A stretch of DNA of 64,000 bases from Ramazzottius varieornatus. Taxonomy: Eukaryota > Animalia > Tardigrada. The stretch lies in the NCBI GenBank assembly GCA_001949185.1, contig BDGG01000007.1, forward strand, positions 186,001 to 250,000, written 5' to 3'. The notes beneath the pieces are model-generated. The model was given only the letters and a program-made list of their open reading frames with translations, was not told the origin of the DNA and did not search any database. Positions 12,447 to 22,083 of this stretch are shown here, piece by piece. Numbering within the stretch: the first letter of the stretch is position 1; each line of letters opens with the position of its first letter. Both the position numbers and the translations under genes were made by a program.

Positions 12447-12599
12447 CTAAAACATCCAGACTCGGTTACATCCAACGAAAGAGGAGCCAGTTGGAAAACT
12501 GACGTCTGCATGTACAGTTACTAGAAAAAGTAGACAGATGACAGTGGGCGTTTACCTCCATCCAACAAGCATTTATCGTATTAGCGAAGTAAAGCTGAC

Positions 12600-14628
12600 A
12601 ACGGTTTACAGAAGTTGAACCTTTTTTTCTTCCCGTTTGAAAGACCGTGTTCGGTCATCGGTGTCCCTGTGAAAGTGTGCTGACTCAGTTGCATACCAAA
12701 AGGCAACAATACTTACTGCCGATAGGTTCGCAGTGGAACTTAGCCAAGTATTCCGCTCCGGTGGCTCGTTCGATCAGCTCGCCTTGAAACGGTCCTGGCT
12801 GGTAGAACGGTAGTCTAGGACTTACTCGGTTTCATGCAAATAGAGCGTTTACCAGTATTTTTCTGTCGGGTAAAAGGCAGTACTTCTGAATCATCAGATC
12901 AGCAACTTCATTAGCCAAGCCCTTTTCTGTATTCAGTTCTTCTGGGTCGAGAGGCTCCAAATCCAGTTCATCGTCCGACGCAATCTCGCTCTCATCGTCT
13001 GGCTCCATTTGCGTGTCGGACTCTTCTTCATCTAGACGAAGAGCATTAGCATGATTAGTATCATAGCTATCACGCAAATGAAAAGATGAGTTTCATCCGA
13101 AAAATTGTACCTGTTTTGTTCGACGCTCCGGAAAATTCATAAAACTGAGGGAACCAGTTTTTGAAAGCGGCGACGATGTTACTTCCGTTATCAGTTCCAA
13201 CGTAGAACACCTTGTGCTGGAGGTTGAAATCTGCGATCACCTCAACTGCCAGGTTGAGGATCTCTTCAGCAGTGTGAGAACCTTTAAACCTCGGGCATGC
13301 GAGAAGGTTTCGCAGTCTGAACTTCTCGTCTATGAAGTGCAAACTAATTCCCATGTAACCACGCATCCGCTTGCTGCTCCAGATGTCCAGGTTGATGGCG
13401 ACGGCTACGGCCTTCGTCAGCAAACTCAGAAGCTTCTCTTTAATCTTTCTGTGCTGTCTAGGTAAGAGAATTCTGACAATCCTGTGTCGTTTAGGCCACT
13501 AAAAAACAAAAAGAATATCCAGTAATACAATCAAACCTCAACAAGCGCCTCTCGCCACACTCTGTTTTATCTGCAGTATAGTTTCAAGTCTACCTGTAGC
13601 CCAGCATCGCCCACCTTGATTGCTCTGTCGAAAGACGAGTGGCCAAGCACTGTTGGAGCTGTCAAAGTCTCGACTTGAATCCGCGCTACGGCCTCATCCA
13701 GCCTTATTTGCTTAGGGTGTTTCGGGCCGAGAGGCTTTTTCTTCATGTCCACCACGTAGTCGTCTAGCGTTGAGTCAGGCTTCGCTGTCTTCGGTCCTCC
13801 TTCTTTCAAGAAGTTGCTGACATCCTAAACATGAATTATTAGCAGCCGAGCAGCCCGAAATGACAGCGCATTCATTACAAAAATTTGTCATAAATATTTA
13901 CCTTGTCCTTACCGTGTAACTTCAGGACATGTGTTTTGAAGTTGCTGTATCCGTCTTGAGCCGATATTTTCTTCTCACTCTTCGGCTTTCTTTTCTTGCA
14001 CAGTTTACAGTGAACATAATTGATGACGACGATCTTGCTGTTCTTCGATTCTTTGGCTGAGGTAGGCGAAGTGAAGAAAGCTTTGTAGAAGTCTTTGGCT
14101 TTCCGGTCGTTCTTCTTTCGTGTCAGATCCGACGGCTGACCACCATCTTCTTCCAAGTCGATCTCCATCGACGTTACAGCGCTGTCCGTCATTCTAGCTG
14201 TGCTCCAAATGCAAGACGACTCGCTCCTGGGGTTTCGTAATAACAAAAAAGGTGGAGAAGTTTCCGAATTGACATACGAATGCAGAAATAACTAAACCTA
14301 TGCGGGCGGATCAACACGCAGGGCGCTGTAGCATGGACACAGTTAGCAGCTTGCCATAGAGGGCATACGGCAGTTGCCGATTATTGCAAATCAGTGCGTC
14401 CAAGTTAAGCTCGCGCGTTTCACTAGCGTTCAGAGTATGGAGAGTGTGGGTTCAATTCTCCCGCACGGCAGATTTTTATTGTTTGAAAGTCTAAATCTGA
14501 CTGCGTTTCGTAACGGATAAATGGTTTCAGATTCGTTGTACCGTTTTTCCCGTTACTGCAGTTACGCCAAATAATCGTTGATTCCGTTTCGTTATTAGGT
14601 CTTTCCTTTTCGTTATAGTTTCGTTAAT

Positions 14629-14676
<48 letters not shown>

Positions 14677-14721
14677 AACGGAAGCAAAAACGGTACGCCG
14701 TTCAATAACTGCACAGCCCTG
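12600..14721 (-). mobile_element. hAT DNA transposon, 3'-truncated, intron-containing transposase
   Basis: BED finger HCKLC..SNFKTHVLKLH. Catalytic region AINLDIWSS..YMGISLHF..GSHTAEEI..GTDNGSNIVAAF. Terminus reads CAGGGCTGTGC on the minus strand at 14721. No dimerisation domain or second TIR seen; the left boundary is approximate. Confidence 0.88.
14630..14676. repeat. (CGAAAA)n hexamer tandem array in the hAT subterminal region
   Basis: About seven consecutive cgaaaa units ~45 bp inside the TIR. Confidence 0.85.
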
Positions 14722-15217
14722 ATTGACACCAGCAACGTGCTGTACATCTTTTCCAAAATTGGCCTGTTCATGCTCCCAATGATACTGGTCATCTTGTCCT
14801 ACCCCGACATCTGCTACAAGTCCTTCTTCAGCGGTCGCAAGCAACGAGTGGCGCCAAATGTTTTGGCTGTTTCGGCTCCCGTTCCCCTTCTAGTAGTGGA
14901 CGGTTGTGACGGTCCCGAATACGAATGATCCACTCGGCAAGAATGCCAGAAAAACCCATATCTGCGGCAGAGAACTGAGCGGCAGCACAACCGGGTTCGT
15001 GACTCTGACACTGATGGCTTTTAGTGTCGCCGTATCTCTGCTGCCCAAAGAAGCCTCCTTTACGTATCTGATCTGGGCAGACTCTGAATCACCCGGTGTT
15101 ATGTACATTTGTGATGTGCTGCAACGTCTCACCACCACATTTGATCCCATTCTAATTGTGCTGGCCAACGAATTGCGAAAACTGCTCTTCAAGAAACTTC
15201 GACGTGTCGAACGATAG
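14722..15217 (+). pseudogene. Class A GPCR 3' fragment (TM5-TM7), paralog of 29324-30388
   Basis: IDTSNVLYIFSKIGLFMLPMILVILSYPDICYKSFFSGRKQR, then a frameshift, then ICGRELSGSTTGFVTLTLM..LQRLTTTFDPILIVLANELRK. Starts exactly at the hAT terminus. Confidence 0.85.
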
Positions 15218-15362
15218 CCATGAAACCAGGCTGAGTATAAACCGCATGTAAACCATATACATCAACACGGGAACATAGCTACAGTAGATTCGTGCCTCTC
15301 CAAGATTAGCTGCCGACTCATTCCGCACGGTGGGCTGCCAACAAGCGAGCAGCACAGTTTCA

Positions 15363-15604
15363 ACTGGGAAATTCTGGAGTTCTCCGAACTCTCGAAACCT
15401 TTCATCAAGCCACGTACACGAAAAATATAAATTTTATCTTGCATGCTGTATACTTTCGCTATCAGGTGTTTTTTGAAGTACATCACCACAGACCATAAGG
15501 TTAATTATAAGCCAAAAGCCAGTAGCTATAAGCCCCACGTATGATGAACTGTGACATGGTCTGCAGCAGTTGTAAATCCGATCTTCGAACCACTAGAAGC
15601 TTAA
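15363..15604 (+). repeat. Left arm of a 242-bp perfect inverted duplication flanking the piggyBac
   Basis: Reverse complement of 20525-20766; both arms end in TTAA at the element. Confidence 0.95.
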
Positions 15605-15672
15605 ACCCTCTGTGCAGTCGCATTGCTGAATATGTTTTGTATCATAAGCTCTGTTTCATCAACCGTAGACTA

Positions 15673-15787
15673 CTGTATACTCTCCCGAAATTCACGTACG
15701 TCACTCCAGTCGCAGTGTAAAACTAGACGGTAAGATTCCAATGATTTGAGAGTCAGTGACGTACGTGAATTTCGGGAGAGCATACAG
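15673..15787. mobile_element. Tc1/mariner-type MITE with TA target duplication
   Basis: TA|CTGTATACTCTCCCGAAATTCACGTACGTCACT...AGTGACGTACGTGAATTTCGGGAGAGCATACAG|TA. The empty site is present at 20767-20797. Confidence 0.9.
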
Positions 15788-15930
15788 TACAAGACTTCCC
15801 AAACGGTGAGCCTCCTGCACACCACTCCTTCCAAGATTTGGCTTTGGATGTTCAAGCAGGCCGGACGGGTATCGATGGGCCGTTCCAGAAAGTAGAGATC
15901 ACCTCTTAGACATCCCGCTGCCGGGGAAGA

Positions 15931-16285
15931 TCAGCTGATACGATCTTTGATCCTTGTTTCGTACGACCCTACGACCCGTAAAGCAAGCCCGCGTACAGGT
16001 TCGCAGCGGTTCTAGTCAATCAACGTATATTTGGAAATTAAAATTGAAAGTGCTGCATAATCAGAAAATCAATCAGACAAGATCGGAACACGCGTTGACG
16101 AAGACAAAACAACTGCCTCGGTACTCGTCTCGGTCATCAATTGTCTGATATGCAGCATTCTCAATTTTGATTTCAAACATAAATTGATTGACTAAAACAG
16201 CTGCGAGCCTGTACCCGGGCTTGCTTTACGCGTACGTTTGCGTTTAGGGTCGTACGAAACAAGGATCAAAGATCGTATCAGCTGA
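15931..16285. mobile_element. Foldback MITE interrupting the piggyBac C-terminal Cys-rich domain
   Basis: Long imperfect inverted arms beginning tcagctgatacgatctttgatccttgtttcgtacgacccta. Confidence 0.8.
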
Positions 16286-16289
16286 GTGT

Positions 16290-18209
16290 TACAAACGTCA
16301 TAAACTACCATTGTCCGTCGTTCAGATTTTCTTGGACAATACCGACATCTGGTTGATTTCTTTGACGGAATATGAGTTTGAGTGTGAACGATAGGAATGG
16401 AAATTCCGTTCTACTGCAACATCGAAGATATGAATTTCTTCATATGAAAGGGGAGACTAGGCACTGTCATTCGACGCTGGAGCTGCTGTTTCATCATCTG
16501 CTTGCTCAGCTCCTGAAAGAAAATTCGACGCCTCACTGGTAATGTGAGATTCCACTCCGGATGGACTTCGCACCAGATTACGTACGCGTTCAGGGCGGAG
16601 ATGTCCACCAAAAAAAACCGCCATCGGCCAACAGCATGTTTTACGACGACAACTGTAGTTTCCCGTTAGCTGATCCAACGTATCGACTCCCGCTTTGGTC
16701 CGGTTATATTAACAGACAATTTCCGGTTTTTCTTCTTTGGAAAGTACGTTTATTTTTCTAAAACAGGAAATGAACTGTTACGTTAGATAGCAATATTCTG
16801 AGGGCTAATAGGTATGCCAGAACGTCGTACTTTACCCAACGTCATACGTCGTTGGCGATATAGTCTCAGAACTCACGCTCGCCAGTGGTACGTATGACGT
16901 CACGGCTAAACACAAACATTGCTGTACACTACAAGACAAGCAGGCGAAAGGTATCAACGACATGGAATTACGCGTCGGGATGCATAGAGCTGAGGAGGAT
17001 AACCGCTGTGCCTTTCTTCGGAACGTACGAGACAAGAGTGAAGCCTGAGGTGTGACCGAGCTGCGAGGAGAAAACTTCGCGCAGTTTGCTAGGCAAGAAG
17101 GCGAATGGGATTTCCGGCTTGTTCTTCCTCATGGTCCCAATGAGAGATATGTTTCTCTTTAGAAGAGCTTCGCCTAAGGCCAGAGAAGTGAAAAAGTTGT
17201 CTGTTGTCGCATTTCGGCCCCAACTACTGCCGAAGTGTTCCACAAGATCCAGTACCACTCGTTGCTCCTGGTTCTTCTCTGCCTTTTCTCCTACGGGTTT
17301 TCCCGTATAAAGCTGTATGTTGCAGCAGTAGGAAGTTTGACAGCAACAAAGAAGGAAGAGCTTGTGGCCGTACTTACGCCGAGGCTTGGTTGGGATGTAC
17401 TGTTTGAAGCCGCAACGTCCTTTGAAAGGGAATAACTGTTCGTCGACACACACACGTTGGTAGGGAAAGTAGCCGCTTCTTAGACGGTCCGACCACAGAT
17501 AGAAAACTTCTCTCACGTGAGCCATCTTGTGTGTCTGCAGTCGTTCATTACGAGTGCGTTTGTCGTCTAATCGTAAACTACAGGTAACCTGCGCGAACCT
17601 GTCTCGAGGCATACATGCTTGGTAAATTTTCTTCCCGTCACTCTCACTCCACAACTCCGAAACAGGTACCGTACCATCATGATAAACACCTTGGAGCAGT
17701 AAGATACCAAGGTAAGCGTCGAGCTCCGTAGCGTCCAAAGTGGCCCACTGTTTCCCGTATCGCAGTTCACCCTCTTCTTTCGTGAATCGAATGATAATGT
17801 ATTTTATGGAAGGAGTAAATAACACGCCTAAACTATCCGTAATTTTCGATACCTGGGATCGAGCTCGAGCAGAGACTCCTCCAGGTCCTGTCATCCGGTT
17901 GACCGAACGAGCTTTTCCGCTGTCCGTAGGAAAACGAGCCCATTCGACGGCACCATTCCTACTCAGATGAGGTCCAGTTTCGCCCAGCTGATACAGTATG
18001 TCGCCATCATCACTTTCCGTGTCCGTTTGCTCGTCGCCGGTTTCCACCAAGTCAGGCTCATCCAGCAGTTCTGAATCGTCTTCCGGAAGGTCTGACACAC
18101 AGCTTCCGGTCTCCGAACTTACACCGTCCTCCTCATCAACGTCGATACTATGATTCGGGCAAAAAAAGTCTAAGCGATAATGAAGGATGCATCCTTGCAG
18201 TAAATCCAA
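16290..18209 (-). pseudogene. piggyBac transposase (DDD) with an intron at 16758-16971
   Basis: CVDEQLFPFKGRC, TTDNFFTS, GTMRKNK, LLSSMH, then after the intron KPEIV(stop)YNRTKAGVDTLDQL, WPMAVF(frameshift)DISALNAYVIW and Cys-rich RCRYCPRK. Confidence 0.9.
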
Positions 18210-18415
18210 TTCTCACCACAACAGAACAGTTCGATCACTTGTCAAAGAGTAGATTTGTTTTTATCGTTTTATACGCCAGTAAACTCTAATCTGGTAGTAC
18301 AGAACGATGGTAACAGAAGACTACCGGTAAGAACATCACCGTCATTTTGAGCCAGACTGTATCTGTCATGACAAATCAATGAATAAAGTATCAGCTTATC
18401 AATCAACAAGAAACA

Positions 18416-18904
18416 TCAACCGGAAATGCGCCATTCCATCGAAGCTACAGTACGAAGATTGACGATACTTCGCCCTTGGCCCGATCCTCCTTTCACCTCA
18501 CCTCCATGCACTTTACGGATGTACTCAAAGACGGCATCGGGATACACCAAGACACACTTTGGTCCATCTCGATCTATCGTTTTCTCGACGTTCTAGAAAC
18601 AACAGTAATTACAGCAGTTAGGCCATAGTCTCCCGATGCCGATCTTATTCTCGCAGTTTCAAAGGAAAATGTACCAGTATCTGACTGCTCAAAGCAGCGT
18701 AGATAGCGAAACGAGCCTCCCTGCCTTCCAGTCCATGTGAGGCTGCTTCCATAAACGGTACCAGGTTTCGCGGAAGAATCAGCCTGTAAGCAGGTTATAT
18801 TGTCGAACATGATCGCTTCATTCGATTACAGTTGTGAGAAACAGACAAAAATGTGCATACCCTTGATTCACAAACGCAGTCGCCAACTCCTGTTTCGCTG
18901 ACAT
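18416..18904 (-). CDS. Hidden 3-exon, 109-aa ORF inside the piggyBac (exons 18861-18904, 18675-18783, 18416-18592)
   Basis: ATG, two canonical GT-AG introns (77 and 82 nt) both in phase, and no stops: MSAKQELATAFVNQGLILPRNLVPFMEAASHGLEGREARFAIYAALSSQILNVEKTIDRDGPKCVLVYPDAVFEYIRKVHGGEVKGGSGQGRSIVNLRTVASMEWRISG*. Confidence 0.6.
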
Positions 18905-19052
18905 GTTTCTCCTGAATTAATGCTCAAGCGCTAAACCGAAACAGATATCAAGAACAGTTACTTGAAGAAAGCAAAACAACCTGTATCACACTGAAACGCA
19001 AAGAATGAAATTTTGGAGTATTCATTTGGTAGCAGTGACAGCGCCACCAGTA

Positions 19053-20122
19053 CCGTGTGCCTCAGCTCCTGTGCCTCAACTGTTTTCAACTGCTAGTATC
19101 GTTTTACTCACTTAAGCAAAAATCGCATGTTGTACGTCGACAGATAGAGAATTTAGCGTCCTCACAGATAAGCAAAAGGATCTAGTCAACATAGTTTCCG
19201 TCAGTCAACATAGTTTCCTTCGCGACATGGCGGGGGGCTTTATCTTGATAGAAGATAACTTCTCTTGGGTCCAGTTTATCCTTCAGATCGTAGAGCATCG
19301 GCTTCGGGCATCGATCTTGGTAAGTTGCCTGGTTATTCTTGAACCCGGATGGGAGAACGAGTACGACCATCACGCCAAACTCCTCCGAAAATCATCGCCT
19401 TCAGTGGCGATTTTTGTAAACGTTTGTGCTTCTTCGAATCAGGAATCAGCTCAAACGACTTACCGTAGCACCGTTCCTGCTGTGAATTGAGATACTCCCC
19501 GACCAGAACGTAGCACTCGTCGACGAAAACAAAGTTGGGAATATCCGACTTCCGGTAGCGTTTCCGGAAGCGTTGAGCACATCTTTTCCTGGCGACTTTC
19601 TGGGCTTCGGTGATGAAAGGACGTATGACTTTGCGGTAGACTTTGATTCCGCGTTTCTTCATCTCTCTGGGTATGGCGCTCCGATCAATTCCTTGCTTTC
19701 TTGCCTGACCACGGATGCTGTTCTGCTGCGCCGCTTTAGTGAGGTTCCGGATCGCACGATTCAGGGCGTCTTTTCTTTCCTTCGACTGCTTCTTCGGAGG
19801 CTTCGCTCCAGTCCGATAACCGCCAGTCCTGATCCAGTGTTGAACAACGTTTCGAACGGTATAGTACGTACACAGAGACTTCACGATGGAATGGATTTCG
19901 GGAATTCTTTTCCCAGCCTGGTAGTAGGACACGATCAACTTCTGGACCTCCACAGGCAACATTTTATCCTAAATCGGAAAAGGATCGCTCAGCAATGCAA
20001 AACAAGACAAAACAGAGAGCGGAAAATTCTCTACCAGCTGATATACGCAAACCTAAAAAAACATGCTGGCACCCGTTACCGCGGCCAGTGGTGGAAAGTT
20101 GAAATCTGACTAAGCCATACGG
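19053..20122 (-). mobile_element. Tc1/mariner (maT/DD37D-like) element, frameshifted and 3'-deleted transposase 19182-19962
   Basis: N-terminal HTH, FVFVDECY (first D) and IFYQDKAPRH (second D). Degenerate TIRs CCGTGTGCCTCA..TTTCAACT / CCGTATGGCTTA..TTTCAACT, flanked by TA on both sides. Confidence 0.85.
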
Positions 20123-20524
20123 TAGTCGTCCCGTCAGTGACGTCACAGGATACGCTAAGTAATGAATCGATACAAAAAATTCCGATTTTTCTGCTGACCA
20201 CAGGGCGGTCACCGCAACGACACAAAAATTTCTTTTCTGGACGCAATCATGCCACGAATGTTGTAAATTATTTTCGGACTGTTTCCGCACGTGGTGAGTC
20301 TGTAGCGGCGCTATTCATCTGATAATCGCGATTTGTCTATAGATCTTCTTTCAATTTTTTTAATTATGCGTGGCTGTTAGCCATCGGTTACCAGATGTGT
20401 TCTACAGAGATACTGTTGCTTGAAGCAAACCAAAAATATGGGCCAGATAATTTGGATGAGAAATTTTCCACAACTCGGTTACTGTCCGGTGCGAAAGCGA
20501 GTTGTACCCCCCGTGTTCAGAGTG

Positions 20525-20766
20525 TTAAGCTTCTAGTGGTTCGAAGATCGGATTTACAACTGCTGCAGACCATGTCACAGTTCATCATACGTGGGGCTTA
20601 TAGCTACTGGCTTTTGGCTTATAATTAACCTTATGGTCTGTGGTGATGTACTTCAAAAAACACCTGATAGCGAAAGTATACAGCATGCAAGATAAAATTT
20701 ATATTTTTCGTGTACGTGGCTTGATGAAAGGTTTCGAGAGTTCGGAGAACTCCAGAATTTCCCAGT
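20525..20766 (-). repeat. Right arm of the 242-bp perfect inverted duplication
   Basis: Reverse complement of 15363-15604. Confidence 0.95.
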
Positions 20767-22083
20767 GAAGTCTTGTAGTCTACGGTTGATGAAACAGCTT
20801 ACGTCTTCGTTCTTCGTGTGAAATTGGTTCGGTGCTCAGTAAACACAAGTAAATGACGCGTTGAAGCAGATTTGCTGCATGTGTTTCTATGCACAGACGG
20901 TGTGCTCATCTTACAGTCTGTTTCGGCCAAGTTGGTCCCTTATATTCAAAACGCGTATGCGTTCACAAAAGAACGGGAAATTCTTCCATCCTGATTTCAT
21001 TGGATTCCCCACTCGTTTCTGCAGGAGAAAGACTGGGACTCCGTGAGAGGACCGCGAATCTTGATTCAGAGTAAAAATTGAAAACGACCTAGGTCGCTGA
21101 TGATCAAGCCGCCACCCCGTTGCGCGCTATACCCACCTTCAGAAAAATACTCATAACTCAGTTTTTCAAAACATGTTCTCGGACACCATGGTATCAAAAT
21201 GAAGCCCAATCGATGCTCGTTTGGTCCATGCCGTGCTGAATAGCTTTTATACCGTTGTTTTTAGACAACGACCATCTGACTCGATGTCAGGCGGACGGTC
21301 TTGAAAATGACGTCTGAGCGGTGTTTCCGCAGCCACGATGAACTACCCAATCATACCTGAAATTTATAAAATAAGACAAAAGTTTTTCTTGCTGATGTTC
21401 GGGAGAAAGTTACACCACGAGTGATGACTGACGAAAACAGTCGACATTCTTTTAACTCAGGGGAGCAGCCGATGATGCCTACTTGGAGCCATTTTTCCGG
21501 GTCTGTTAGAAAAATCCTGCACTCTCAGAAACAACTTCGATTGATCTCACTACTGCGGTATCGTGTAGACCAGGAACTTTCCTGCTCACAGCAAAGATAA
21601 GTCGAGAACTGATGCAGCCCGGACATAGATCGAGGTTTCGGTAAACGACCAAATACACCGGGAAACTCGAAAAACCGCACTTGAAAAGGAATTGTGACTG
21701 ACAGTCCCCACGGATCTGGATGTTTTTGACTGGATAAGTTGAAACAACTTGTTTTACAAACAGAAAAAAAGTTTAGACCGGAGACCACAAGCTTTCGGTT
21801 CTCTAGTCTAGTTTTTATAGCAGGAACTTTTGACTCCCTCGTCAATTTTTTCAGTAGAACGATGGCGGATTCTGTTTTCGCTCGCTGTATGTGGAAATGA
21901 TTTGAAACATGGCAAATCCTCATTTACATATACTGCTATCCATTTATTTTCACTGTACGCTCTGGTATTCGCCGAATTTCGATCCGAAATCCGAATAATC
22001 TGCGCAGTTCTATTGTGCTGACCTCTATGGTGGTTACGTCTGGGTTTTGAGCCAAATTTGTGCGACCTTGATAAGGCAACAAA

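Larger units (their letters stand above)
15605..20524 (-). mobile_element. piggyBac (PGBD4-like) transposon, decayed, with nested insertions
   Basis: TTAA at 15601-15604 and 20525-20528. Imperfect TIRs (a)CCCTCTGTGCA / CACTCTGAACA. Contains the transposase pseudogene. Confidence 0.8.

Noticed and set aside
14375-14480. tRNA-like segment (GGTTCAATTC B-box, tgccg..cggca ends, T-run) inside the hAT
   Set aside because: I could not fold a convincing D-arm or anticodon arm; at most a tRNA-derived relic. tRNAscan-SE would decide.
14630-14676. Repeat array as a CRISPR or telomeric repeat, and ORF 14527-14844 (FVFVFV)
   Set aside because: A simple hexamer tandem with no spacers; the ORF is a translation artefact of it.
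15363-20766. One large transposon with 242-bp TIRs
   Set aside because: No target-site duplication outside the arms, and piggyBac-type TTAA/TIR ends lie inside them.
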